From the human T2T-CHM13v2.0 reference genome, Homo sapiens, in assembly GCF_009914755.1 (NCBI RefSeq), contig NC_060931.1: a stretch of 64,000 bases of DNA; one strand, written 5' to 3'. Under the pieces are notes generated by a model, which saw only the letters and a program-made list of their open reading frames with translations, searched no databases and was not told where the DNA came from. Of the stretch, positions 47,461 to 61,200 are shown one piece after another (position 1 is the first letter of the stretch; every line of letters begins with the position of its first letter). A program made the position numbers and the translations under genes.

Positions 47461-50400
47461 GAATATAAACATGTACATACATTTATTATTAAAAACTCTG
47501 AAGGAAATAACAGGTTTTGTGAAAGAGAACACAGAAGGGAATCCGATTTAGATCAATGTTCAGACAGCCCTGGTTGAGGAAGTAACAACAGAAGAGGGAA
47601 GGAGGATCCAGGCCTCAGAGGTACCAGACTGTCCAGTCAGGCAGCCAGTGGGAGTACTGATGAAACACCTACTGTGTGCAGGCTACTATTCTAGTGCTGG
47701 AGACAGCCATAAATAAGACAGATGGACTTTCTACTCAGAAAGAGTTGGATGAAGAGTAAGACCAAAAAAAAAAAAAAAAACCAACAAGCAAATAATTACA
47801 ATCCTGAAAAGAGCCTCAGAAGACAGTGTGATAATGTTGCAAAGGGAGATGTGGAGTAAAACTGTACTGCATTCATCAGGGTGCCTGTGGAAGGCCTTGC
47901 TAAAGGGAAGGCTATTTGGGTAAGACTTGAAAGGTGAGGAAGTGGAAGCCAAGTGCAATTTTGCAAAAGAACATTCAAAGCAGAAGGAATGGAAAGTTAA
48001 CAGGCCCCCAGATGTAGAGATAGCCAGTGCTGCTCAGTGCGGTGGGGCATGGAGATGGAGGGAGGGGAAGGCTGAGAGGGGATCGGTCAGACTATAGGCC
48101 ATGACCAAGTCTTTGCATCTGAATCCTTTTTCCAAGGGTAATGGAAAGCCACTGTGGGTTTTAAGCAGGGTCGTCATATAATCTGATTTACGTTTTGAAG
48201 TCATGCTGGCTGCTTTATGGAGAAAACGCCCCTGGGGGTCTACAGTGAGGCAGAGTGCCCAGCTAGGAGGCTGTTGCTGTCATCCCCAAGGTGAGAAGCA
48301 AATGTCGTCAAGTTGCTTCTATTCAGCCTTGGAGGCTTGTGAGGCTCCCACCCCAGTGGAAATGCAGGGAATGGCACACAAAGGCCAGAGGCACTGGGTC
48401 TCTAAGGAATGGGGAATAGATGCAGAATGGAATAGGAAAAACTGCTTGGAAAAGTAATGCCATGAGGGAGGTTTATAATTTGTATGAAAAGATGGTCAAA
48501 GGAGAGGTCACTTCTTAGCAAGTAACCTCAGAAACTAATTCTATTGAAACCACCCACTACTCAAAACCATCTCACATCTTGCTTGCACTCTTCCCCTTCC
48601 TTGCTTTTTGGAAAGCCTTTGACTCAGCGGGGCCTTCCTACCCTTGGGACCACCACACTATTTTTCCCATGGACTTAACATTCTCAGAGCGTGGACATCC
48701 CCATTCTGTCCTGAATTCTCTTCTCTTTCTCCATTCCTCTGTCCTCAGTATACACACACACTCTCCAAGCATCTATGACCCTGATTCCCAGCTCTCTCCA
48801 GTATCCCAGCCCAGCATTTTTTACTGTCCATAAGACATTTTGACCTGGAAGACTTGGCTGTATGTCTCACTCTTGGCTAAAGCTGACCTGGTCATTGCCC
48901 CAACTCAGTTCATCTTCCTGATCCTCTCCGTCAGTGGCACAGCCTTTCTCCTTGCTGCAGGCTCAGTGCCACAGTGTGCATGGTCTCCTGCCCCTCTACC
49001 CTGCCCCCTCAGTCAGTCAATGACCACACCAATGCTGAGTCTACTGCCACAAAATACCTCCCAGAAGTTTCCTCAGAACGAATTACCTGGCGACAGTGCA
49101 ACATAGGTGCTTCCTAACTGCCTCCAGCCACCTTCTCTCCAAACTGCACTGGCCTCTGCCAGGTTGGGCTCTCTCAGCCACCATGTGGGTCATATTTGCT
49201 GGATCTACAGTGAATACCCAGAAAGTACTTTTAGAATAAGCCAGAGAATGAGAGAGAAATCACAGGATCATACTTCCCAGAGCAGCCTTCCACCAGAAAT
49301 AAAAGTCCAGGCCCTGGAGTTATTATGCGCCTCTCGTTGCCTCCCACTGCATCATCCCTTTTTGCCACATCCCCATCTTGGCTCCTATATCATGGCTCAG
49401 CTCCCAGCCAAATTGACTCCTGATGCATTGCATTTGTGCCTCCAAATCGTTTCCCTTGCTAAACTCCTAAGCTTTTTACTCTTTACCCAGGTTGGGCTTT
49501 TGACCTCCCCTTCTCCATGTAGACTCCGAGCTCTCCTGCAGTTTCTTCCTTGCTCCTTCCCTGTAACGCCTACGGAATGAAGAGGAACACCTGGCTCTAG
49601 GATGTCCCTCACCTGGCAGCCATCTGCTTTACCAGTCTCATTTCCTGCTCATCCCTCAGATGAATCTCCAATTCTATTCCCCTAAACCACCTCCTGTGTT
49701 CCTGTTTCCTCTCCTTTGCTGAAACAAATGAAGTATCTCACCAGTAAGTCCTAGGGCAGACCCCATCTCCTACACAGGCTTTCCTTGATGATCTGTGGCA
49801 GAAGTGATCCTTATTTTTTGAAACTCCTATATCACTTTGCTTTTTTGTTAAAACACTGAAAACCTCCTGTCTTGTGTTACCATTATCTGTGTAGGTCATA
49901 TCTTCTCCAGTAAACTTAAAGCTATTTGAGGACTGTGTAGTACCTACTACCCTGTGTTTAAGAGAGACTATCTGGAGGAAAGTACAGACTCCTTTCTTTA
50001 TCATGTGTGACCTCGGGCACTTGCTCTCTTTACCCTAGTTTCTTCCTCTGTAAAATAGGGAGAAGAAAAACAACATAGAGTTGTTGGACAGAATAAATAC
50101 CATGAATCCTGTGCAGTGTTTAATCCAATGTCCATCACGTAGTAAGTGTTCAATGCATGTTGGCTATTATTACAAGTGCACATACCAAGAACTCAATAAA
50201 TGCTAACTGTAATTACTGTCTTCCTTCTGTTGAAAAGAACTCTGTTAGCAAAGTACTTTATGCACACAGAATATTACCTACCGCTTGATGAATGAATGAG
50301 ATGAGGATAAATTATCAGTCTCAGGAGACAATGAAGAGAATGAACTGACTATGGTAGAAGCACGGTTATAGGTTGTAGAAGGAACTGAGTTTAGATTGTA

Positions 50401-50659
50401 AAAAGGGACTTATTTGTGGACGGTTTTGACAGTCAGAAAGATGACTTCATGTGTGATGGAGGAGAGAAAAGACCATTTATTATTTTCTGATGAAGAATAG
50501 CTAATGGAATCCCCAAAGGTCTCCAAACATTTAATGGTTTACTCTCCTAATTCTCCAAAAAAGAGCATAGAAGGGAAACTAAAATGTAGAGAGGCTGCTC
50601 TATCCCACCCAGGACCTTTGCTGTCTTCAGTGCATGATGAACAATGTTTGCTGATGCTG

Positions 50660-51032
50660 CCTCCAAATACCACCCCCGATTCTCAGGCCTTTAGGCTCAG
50701 ACTGAATTACACCACTGGCTTTCCTGGTTTGTGTAATAAATGTATGTGTATACACACACACACATGCACTATATATATTATGTATCATATATATTTTATA
50801 TATGATATATATAAAATATATATAAAATCATATATATCAAATATATATAATCATATATAAAATATGATATATAATATATATTATATATATGATATATAAT
50901 ATATATTATATATCATATATAAATACACATATAAATATGTATGTGTATATATATCTATGTGCAGGCACACACATGCACACACACTTAAAAAACCTACTGG
51001 TTCCATTTCCCTGGAAAACTCTGACTAATACA
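50660..51032 (+). mobile_element. MLT2-like ERVL LTR 3' part with an expanded TA-rich tract
   Basis: 'ttctcaggcctttaggctcagactgaattacaccactggctttcctgg' and terminus 'ctggaaaactctgactaataca'. Confidence 0.75.
50741..50985. repeat. (TA)/(CA)-rich low-complexity repeat
   Basis: About 240 nt of near-alternating TA with CA/TG flanks. Confidence 0.9.
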
Positions 51033-54000
51033 GTAAGGAATAGCTAAGATATGGTGAGACTATCCTACAAAAATACATACTGAGTCCTGCCGTTTATTAT
51101 TTATAAGAAGCAACTGAGCTCTGGGGTTAAATTCAGGATTTGGGGCTTAAATCCAACTCCACTACTTATTATTTGTCTTGGATAAACTATGTAACCTCCC
51201 TAAGGCTCAGTGTCATCATCTGTAATTTAACGGAGTTAATGCATACGGAGCCCTTTACAGCAAGACTGGAACATGGTTAGTGCTTAGCAAATGGTAGTAC
51301 TATGATGGTTAGGATGGTGATGATACTAACAAGAGTAGTAACAACTTATTGAATGTCTACCTACAGGCAAGGGACACGGCTAAGTGCCTTATTTGCATTA
51401 TCACTTATCTTCGCAACAATCTTGAAAAGTGGGAATTAATCTACACACACATACACTCACACATACATACACGCACACTCGTTCAAAAAGACTGTAAGTT
51501 GTCTAAGCTCTGGCAACCATTAAGGGATTGAGTTGACTCTGATTTCCTGATTTGTTAAATCAATGGTTTGTCATGGCTCTGCCAAGCTTTGGGGTTTATG
51601 TGGTGCCTAACACTAGGCCCAAGTCCACCAGAGGAGTCCTACTTCTGTCTGCGTTATACATTGAACATTAGCAGAAATTTATTTTTTAAATAAACAAAGA
51701 TCTCATTGCTATAGAAAAATTTGAAAAACATTGCACTGTGCTAATTGCATCTGACGCTTGTAGTCAGGTATCGGTTCTGAGTCACTTTCATACAAGGAGA
51801 TGAGTTCCACCACATAGGAATGCTTTTAAACCACCATCCTAGCAACTCTTAGCTTAATACCACTTGCCCACTGCCAAGAATAATGGCAAGAGCCCTTCTG
51901 CAGTTCCTGAATGATTATCTGTGTAATCTTACTATTCCATTATCAAGTCCCAAGATCCTGTATTCCTTTTTTTTTGTTTTATGCATTGACCATATTCAAC
52001 ATGACTATATTCAGGCAAATCCAGATCACATATTTGAAAATAAATGGTATCATTGTACTAAATATTTGCAGAAAGTTAGCACAGCAAAACTTCTCATTAT
52101 GAGACCAAACTCAAGTTTAGAGTCATCTCATTTAAATGAAAATGAAAAAAAAGAAAAAGTAAAATCACACTAAGTGATTATTTTCAAATTTAGAAATCAG
52201 CCAAGGAAAAACGTGGCCTCTTCTACATTAAAGCACAGGATCCTACCCTGTATTAATTTCATTCCATCCAGATTCCATTTATTCAAAGCCAAAAGCTTTG
52301 AATAGGTAAGATCAATTTGAGAAACAATACTTGGAAACTCAAGTCACATCTTTTCCTTGATTTCGTTATGCATGAGGGAAGACCCAAGTTGCATCATGGA
52401 GACACAAAGATGAAACCTTGAGGGTTGCTCTGAACCACAGTGTATGCATAGGCCATGTAGATTTGTGTAAGGATATTCGTTTTTTAGCCCACAGAAGAAC
52501 ACTTCCCAGAAAAATGTTGCATTAGGTTTTGTTTATTTAACACATATTCTCTTATAGGTGAATTATTGTCTGCAGAGCTGGATCCCTTTTTTTTTTCTTC
52601 AAAAGCAAATAACTCTGCTAAAGATGAAAAAATAAAATCAAAAGACTTTCTGAAGACACAAGACTCTGGTCTGTTGTAATTGTTTTTCTTTGTTGAGAAA
52701 ATAATCAGTTTCCAGAGTATAACACATGTCGAACAAAATAGAACATTTGTAAAGAGGTTAGAGTATCAAAGTGGTGCCCCTTTGAGAAGAAAAAGTTTTA
52801 GAGTGTTTTCATGTGGAATGGTGGGTTGCATACGTAATTTCAAATTGTAATTTAAAACAACAAATTGTTCATGATGTGCGAGAATTGTAGGTTATTAAAA
52901 GCCTTGTTAAATTGTTTTTCTTGAAAATTGAGAGAACAGGAACAGAAGCCAAAATATGGACGGCACCTTTCTCTAGCCCAAACTCAGCCTCTAATTGCCT
53001 GATCTTAAAACATTGGCAGATCAGAGGTTGCTATGGGATGCTTCCTCTCAGAATCTGTCCCCAATTAAGTAAAGAAAGAACCCTTCACATCAAGAATGAT
53101 TTCAGATCATAAGAATCAAATTGAAGATTTTTCCTTTTTGAGTACTTTAAGAACTCAATGCCATCCAATGCTGCTAATCCCCTCCAAAACTCAGAGCCAA
53201 ACCTTATCTTATTCATTCATCAGGAAAATGAAAGAAAACATTTCCTAAATGTACCAATGCTTTCTTCATTCCCATGATCATCTAGTAATTGCTTATTTGC
53301 TCAGGGCAATCTACCAGAGTCACAAGGTATCTACATTTTTCTTTTTAAAAACTGAAAGTATTTGGGGATATTTTATAACTGTGTAGTTGATAGAAGAAAT
53401 AATGTTTCCAGTATTCTCTATCCCTGAAACCAAGTGTTTATATATATATTTTTTAAAGTCACTTGTTTCTACTTTGGATCATTTATATTCTTCTATGGAC
53501 ATGGATAGGCATTTGTCAAATGCATTGCTTTGTTAGCCGCTCCTATGAATAAAATAAATAATTTACTTATATTTTGTGTTACATGCTGTGCTGAAAGCTG
53601 TTGAGCCTTGTGAACTTCACATTGTTTTGAGGAGTACATTGACACTGATACATTGGAAGGAGAGGTTTCCTGCCTGGGGCAGCAGCAGCACTCTGATTCC
53701 TGCTCAGCCTCACTCTTTCCCTGTCTGTTCCACACAGCCCCAAACTCCACCAACCTCTCTGCTTCTTCTTCTGCCCCCAGTGGAGGCTTCAGGGCCAGAT
53801 AGCGCAAGGGGTAGACTAGGCTATTTGTTCATCACTTGGTTGCTATATATGTAGACTTTTGTATTTTGTTTCAGAAAACAATTCCTTACTCTCCATTTAA
53901 TCTGAATAAATGTAGAGCCATACATTTTGCTTTCTCTGAAAACTCCTTATTAAAATAGGGGTGCTCCTTGAAACTTCAGTCTCTTTTCTTGTAGTCTGAT

Positions 54001-54150
54001 GGTCTGCTTCTGAAAAGCACTATATTGCAGGAAAATTTTGTGTGGCCTTCTGCAAAACACTCAAATCATGTAGAGCTATAGCAGAAACTTCCAACTCTAT
54101 TTTATTCACCTTTTTAGCTTTCATAACATCTGATAATAACAGTACCTAGC

Positions 54151-54525
54151 TGATATAATTTGGCTGTGTCCCCACCCAAATCTCATCTTGAATTGTAGTT
54201 CCCATAATCCCCACATGTCACGGAGGGAACCGGTGGGAGGTAATTTAATCATGGGTGCGGTTGTCCTCATGTTGTTCTCATGATAGTGAGTTCTCATGAA
54301 ATCTCATGATGGTTTTATAAGGTGCATTTCCCCCTTTTTGTTTGGCACCTCTCCTTGCTGCCGCCATGTGAAGAAGGACATGTTTGCTTCACCTTCCACC
54401 ATGATTGTAAGTTTCCTGAGACCTCTCTGGTCTTGCTGAACTGTGAGTCAATTAAACTTCTTTCCTTTATAAATTACCCAATCTTGGCTATGTCTTTATT
54501 AGCAGCCTGAGAACGGACTAATACA
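54151..54525 (+). mobile_element. THE1 (C/D-like) MaLR solo LTR
   Basis: tgatataatttggctgtgtcccc ... gactaataca, 375 bp, with 5-bp TSD ctagc (54146-54150 and 54526-54530). Confidence 0.95.
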
Positions 54526-55144
54526 CTAGCCCACTGTCACTTTTCTATAAATGCTTATTAAAATAAATTTCTAAAAACTGCTTTTCTGTCTATAAAACAA
54601 TGTTTGGGGATTTCCTTTATTTATGATCAAAGGGAAATATCTAAACATATATCTATGTAAAGCTATGGTCTACTATATCACATAACATTCCCTTTATAAA
54701 GATACATAATAGAAATTTCTTTTAAATCACTACCAAGAAAGGTTAGATTGTTCTGGAGCAAGTGATGTATTTATTCTGAAAATTGATTGTGTTCCTCTCC
54801 CATTTTTTTTTTCTGTTTATTTTTCTGTTTTGGTTTGATTAAGGAAATCCAAGACTGTTTTGCAGCCCACTTCTGGCTACCGTACATAAAAGGAGCACAA
54901 AATTTTTTGAAGAATTATTATTTCTGACTTTATCTTATTTGTCAGCCCTTATTTTTCCATTCTTCTGATATCTTCATCTTTTTCCATCATGGTGTTTTTT
55001 ATGTTCCTTTCTGTAAACCACTTCAAATCTCTTTGACAGGACATTATACAAGCCAATTAATACCACATACCTATTCATTTAAATATGAAAATACGTATCT
55101 AGAGAAAACTAACCAGCAGTATTACCATTAGAAAGTCAATCATG

Positions 55145-55232
55145 CAATATATATTATATATAATATACACATATGTATGTGTATATATGTGTATATACAT
55201 ATATGTACACACACATATATGCCTATATATAG
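55145..55232. repeat. (TA)/(CA)/(TG) mixed microsatellite
   Basis: Alternating purine-pyrimidine tract. Confidence 0.8.
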
Positions 55233-55605
55233 TGTTCCAATTACAAATAAAACACTTAGAAATAATGTTGATGATAAAAAGAAATGTGATGAAGTTCCTG
55301 GTTGCAAGGGAATCGGATTTGTTGAACGGGGTAGAGATAAGCTCGAGAAAAGGTAATATCAATAAAAGCCACAAATAGAAATTACAAATTCAGTACCACA
55401 AGAGAGGTATGATTGTCAAATAAGTCTATATCAGTCAGTTTGCCACATTCAGAATCTTGTTGATGAATATGATAGCCTGATGCCTATTTTGAGCATCCAA
55501 TAAGCCACTGTAGTTTATATATATAAAACAATGTCAATTAGAAAGTGTGTTTCTACCTAGGATGCATGATATCATTATATCTAGGATATAATAAAGAAAA
55601 TGTTA

Positions 55606-56043
<438 letters not shown>

Positions 56044-56822
56044 TCATTCTTCTAAGTAAAAGTCAGTACTCCCATCACACTTCCCATCTTTCTTCATTAC
56101 TTCATTAATTTATTTCCCTCTGCCTACTCCCTTCAGTTCACATTCCCCGAGTCTCTCTCCTTGAATCTCTTCTTTTTCCATTTTTCCTGAGCAATCGCAT
56201 TTGCACCTTTGATTCTCCAAGTGCAGATGGCTCACATATACACATATCTAACTCAGACCTCTGCTCTCCATTTCAAATGGTTATGGTTATTGGATTCATC
56301 ATTTCCTTCTCTAAACCAGCTCTATGTGACCTATGCTACCTGTATCAGGTAATACTGTCATCACTTTTACTTTTGTAGGGTGCCAGTCCTTCCAGAGCTG
56401 TAGAGCTGGAAAAGTGATATTGTTCAAGGGCACCCAGACATTGCCTCTGTTTATTCACCCTGGAAGGGAATATGGTCCTGCTGGTACTAATTTTGAGTAA
56501 GGACCAGAAGAACCCAATATCCGCTAAAATGTCCTTAAATGGATATACAGAGATTTTAGTAAAGATTATTCTAAAGTGATGAGGTTACTCCTGAATAGAA
56601 AAAAGTGAAATGAAGCAAAAATTTGGCGGATTCTCAGATCTGGAAGACTCTACTCTCCACAGACAGAATCATCTCTAACTGTGTGTCCCACCAAGAATCT
56701 CAGTGCCTGGAAAAAAATCCCGGTAGGCTGTATTTGTTCCCACCTGAGTGGGCACTGCACTTTCAATAAGATTTTGGAACCTGGGCCAGTTAGGAACTCA
56801 TAGTGTTTTTGTGTCTAAGTGT

Positions 56823-56912
56823 GTGTATGTGTCTGTGTTGTATAAGTGTATGTGTCTGTGTTGTATAAGTGTCTGTGTCTGTGTTGTGTAGACGTATGTG
56901 ACTGTGTTTGAC
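56823..56912. repeat. 23-bp TG-rich minisatellite, about 4 copies
   Basis: gtgtatgtgtctgtgttgtataa occurs twice exactly (56823-56845 and 56846-56868), followed by two degenerate copies. Confidence 0.8.
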
Positions 56913-58289
56913 TCTGTGCATGTATGTGTGCTGGATTTTGTCCTGTAAATGTGTAAATAATCTAAAATGCTAGTTACCTTATCCAGAATTCCAAGAATTA
57001 TCTTTGAATCCTTCCACAGTTGGTAAGAAAATTATATAAAACCCTCAGTTCACTTCCCATTCCTACTTCTACTGCCTTGATTCTGCCCTTTTTATCTCAC
57101 AGCTAGATGATTTCCAAATTCCTCTAGGTGATTTCTTTTCTCTAATATTTATCCCTCTGATCCATATTTATACCAAAACAACCAAAAATCTGATTGTGCT
57201 GTTCTCTAATTTAAAAGTCTTCAAAGAGTTCTTACTGCATGCAGGATGTAGTCTTAACTCTTCCTTGTCCTACAAAGCCCCATGATCCCACCCCTATCTG
57301 GCTTTATCCCATCCAAATTCCTTTTCAAACCCTGTATGCCACTTATAACTCCCGGTGCTGGACACTGCTGTGCCTTCTCAGTCCTCTATCCAGCTATTAC
57401 CCGTCTGTGAATCCTCTTCATACTCTGATTCTCATGGGCTCCTTTTCCTGGCTCTGGCTAGAAAACTGTGGCTTTGGATTCCCTGCATTGTCATGAACTT
57501 CCTGCAGTTGGGTCTACCTCAGGGAAAAGTGGGCAAGACAAAAGAGTCTACAGAGCCTCTACTGCTGTAGCTGCTATCCCCAATTCCGCCACCACTGCTG
57601 CTGCTCTTGCCACCGCGTTGTAATGCCATTCGTTACCAGTACATGTCAGGAGTAGGACTGTGATAGGCAAAAGATTTCTGCTTTCCAGGGGCTCCTTTCC
57701 CAGTCCTCTGGCCCAAGAGAGAGAGTTTATCTTGCAGTTTTTTCTGTTAACAGCTTTTGCACAGTTTCAAGATTCAGACTGCTCTTGATTTTATGCCGGA
57801 AAATATCGGAGGATATAAAAAAGCAGGAACTTTTTTCCATAGTTGTTTTTCTTTGAGTTTTTAAATTCTCTCCTCCAGTTGACCTGCTATTATTTACTTT
57901 TCAGAGTTCTCAGCTTCATATATTCTGTTCAGGACTTTTAATTGTGCTTAGTGGAAAACATAGCATGTATTTATGCCATCTTAACCAGAAATGAAATTTG
58001 CCAACCTAATTGTATTTAATATTCTCTTATTATAGTGAAAACTGCTGACACTTGCTTACCATGTGCTAATACTGTGCTAAGTTCTTTATATGCATAATTT
58101 ACATACCGTGTTTGGGAAATTTTCAACCATTATTTCTTCAAATACATTTCTGCACGTATTTCATTCTCTTCTTTTTCCAGGATTACAGTAGCTCAAATAT
58201 AATAACTTCTGATATTGCCCCACAGTTCTTTGAGTCTCTGTTCATTTTCTTATCAAACTTTTTAGAATAACAAATATTTCTGGTAAATA

Positions 58290-58430
58290 GGATCATCCCC
58301 ATTTTAAAGATGAGGAAACAGAAGCTTACAGAGATTAAGTGATTTGCTCAGTGTCACACAACTAGAAAACCAGGTATGATCCCAGGTTTGTCTAACTCCA
58401 GAACCAAACTCTGAACCACTGTCCAGTATA
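58290..58430. mobile_element. MIR fragment
   Basis: 'catccccattttaaagatgaggaaacagaagcttacagagattaagtgatttgctcagtgtcacacaact'. Confidence 0.8.
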
Positions 58431-59169
58431 ACCATGGCCAGCTCTGTCATGCAGCCCAAGTTAGGCCAGAGCCACAGACATTCCAATTACAGGTGAGGAG
58501 TAGGCAGCAGTCTGCTCTGAAACCCATGTTTTTCTAGCTTTCAGCATTGATTAGGTCAAGTTGAAAGATGTACTTACGCACAGAGCCAGTTGAGATTTAA
58601 TATTGCTTTGTGTTATTTATTGGGCAGGTGTTTGTTTAAAGGAAGTGGAAACAGGTGTGTGGGCCCTGATTCAATTACATGATGGAGGGGGACACACTGA
58701 TCCATGGCCATTTTCAAGGAGAGATGATGATTGTGCTAATTAATCATTTGTCTGTCAGAACAAAATAGAACATAATAGAAAATGATGTTCCAGTTGCCAT
58801 AAGAATGGGACACAGACTCACATGTCTGGCTCTCCCAACAACCAGATGCAACTGTTTATGATGACGACAATTAAGATGCAGTACCTGAATCCTCCTGGAT
58901 TATCACATCTGAGATGGCTTGAAGGAAATTTGCTTTATAAACTTTTGCCAACGGCACAGAACCTCATCCAACAGGAATAGCCTCTCAAAGCAACCTTTCC
59001 CTTCAAAGAGATTAATTGAGTCTTTTCAGATCATGAGGATATCCCTGACAAATGGCTGGAAGGGACATTTTCCATTCTATGTCTTGGGAAACTCAATTTA
59101 CCTCACCTGATCAAGACATCCATGCTCATAATGTAGTATCATAATAATAGTTAACTCATTCTTTCCTTT

Positions 59170-59800
59170 ATCCACTTGCCACTCAACAGCCAGAGTGGCC
59201 TTTTATAAACATAAATCAGGTACATTGGCCACCTACTTAAGAATCTCCAAAGGCTCTTCAGTACATTTAAAATGGAATCTCCACTCCTTACCAAAATCTG
59301 CAAAGTGTTACATGACCTGACCTTGCATAGCTCTCTGACCTAATTTCATACCATTTCCTTCCTCCTTCCTCTCTCACTATGTTGCAACATCATGACTTCA
59401 TGGGTCTTCTTGCTATTTTCTGAATGCATTAAAGCTCATTCTCCTGCCAGGGGCTTTTCCCTCTTTGCATTTGCTTTTCTACTTTTCCCAGATATTCACA
59501 TTGCTGGTATCTTCTCATTCAGATCTCTGTTCAAATGTCACCTCTTCAAAAAGACTTCATTGACAATTATATCCAAAACGAGGCTCTTCCTACACACATC
59601 TCTGCACAGTCTATATCCATTGATCCTATTTTGTTTCTTTCATAGCATGTATTATTTTTATTTCTTTATTAGCTGTCTCTCCTACTGAAATGTCAGCCTT
59701 ATGGAAGAGAAACTTGTCTCTCTTCTTTCCACATTTTATCCCCAGGCCTAAATCACTTCCTGGTACATAGTAAGTTCACAAAAGATTTCATAAGATACTT
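59170..59800. mobile_element. L2 3' region
   Basis: 'cagccagagtggccttt', 'tcattcagatctctgttcaaatgtcacctc', 'cctggtacatagtaag'. Confidence 0.7.
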
Positions 59801-60884
59801 AATTAATATTAATCAATCAATATATTAACACTAATAAGCAATCTCTACGCACAAACAAGGCAGTTTAATCCAACAAGGAATTTTTAGTTTGGGGAGGAAA
59901 ACTATGTCCTCTTCTGCTAGTACTTCCTGCACTTTACCAAAATTAGTTTGATCTCTCCTGTTGCAAACTGGACTTCTGGGCATCCAGTCATACTTCTTCT
60001 ACCCTTTTGGCGAATAGCTCAGATAGGGGCAAGTTCTTAGGGGAAGGCCCTCAGGGAAACTTCTAAAAGGAACAAACTCCCACTCAAGAAGCTCTTTCCT
60101 TTGATGTATATAGATAATATATACTTTGAATCCCAGGGGGTTGAACATTAGGAAAAGTTGATGTTGATTAGTAGTTTACCTCTGTGCAGGACTCAGGCAA
60201 ATTGGAGCAGGCCCAGATAAGATTCCTTCCCTGCCACCTGCACTATTGTTTCTGGTGGAAAAACCTAAAGATTAGGGAGAAATCACTTTAGCTGGGTACC
60301 CCGTTTTTGTTGTTAGAAACTTCTTTGTCCCAAGACCAGGGAGCTGCTTTATAAATTCACATCAGGGTCATCTGATGCTTCAGTGGAAAGTACACTTGCT
60401 TGACTTGCTATTGGTTAGAGCCAAGGGATTTAACAACTCTGTAAAGTTGGATGTTAGCTGTAGAAACCTGATAAAATACAAATGACTTTTTATCTAATCA
60501 CAAATGCAAATAATATTAATCCAATGAAGAAAACTGAAAAAGTTAAGGTATACTTTATTGGCCTATGAGAAATTAACCGGTCTTTTGTAAAGCAGCAATT
60601 TTATCAAACATTTGTCTTTCACTCATCATATAAGCAAACCTTTCTCATACCGTCCTTTAAATTAGATTTATTATCTTGCTAGTTCCCTCATTAATGAGTT
60701 TAGTAACATTTGTACAATTATTATGTATTTAAATGAAGTTATTTTCTAAAATCACTTTGAAAGTTATACATTTTACACAATTAACTTAATACTGTAATTT
60801 GTATGAATAGGTTTGATTATACTAAAAGGAAAATAAATTTGGGATGTAAATCTGCTTGGTTTCTTAGGAAGGAAATCAGTTGCT

Positions 60885-61200
60885 TTTTAAAGTCAGGTTA
60901 TTGAGGTATAAGTCACATACAGTAAATTCATCCTTTATGGTGTAGAGTTCTATGAATTTTGACAAATACATTTAGTCATATACCATCACCACAAAGCAAG
61001 ATATAGAATATTCCTATCACCCCAAATGTCCCCTTATGCCCCTTTTTGTTGTCAATACTCAGTTTTAAATCCAGCCCCCCATTTTTTTTTGTCCTGTATA
61101 TTTTGAATACAAGTTCTTTACCAGATGTATGTTGTTTACCAAATATTTTCTCCAAGCACATAGACTGTCATTTAACAGTGTCTTTTAAAGAGAAACTGTC
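60885..61200 (-). mobile_element. L1M 3'-end fragment
   Basis: 'ttattgaggtataagtcacatacagtaaattca...gagttctatgaattttgacaaatac...aagatatagaatattcc'. Confidence 0.75.

Larger units (their letters stand above)
46705..48295. mobile_element. L2 fragments flanking the MER4 LTR
   Basis: 'actgagcacctagtatgtgcctggcac', 'cacctactgtgtgcaggc', 'ggaaagccactgtgggttttaagcaggg...atctgatttacgttttg'. Confidence 0.7.

Noticed and set aside
48579-49612. Run of consecutive + strand ORFs (84, 88, 157 aa)
   Set aside because: Pyrimidine-rich decayed L2-like sequence, non-ATG starts, no recognisable domain.
50741-50985. Periodic AT-rich tract (and the 23-bp repeat at 56823) as a CRISPR-like or structured-RNA array
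   Set aside because: Simple slippage repeats with no unique spacers, in a eukaryotic context.
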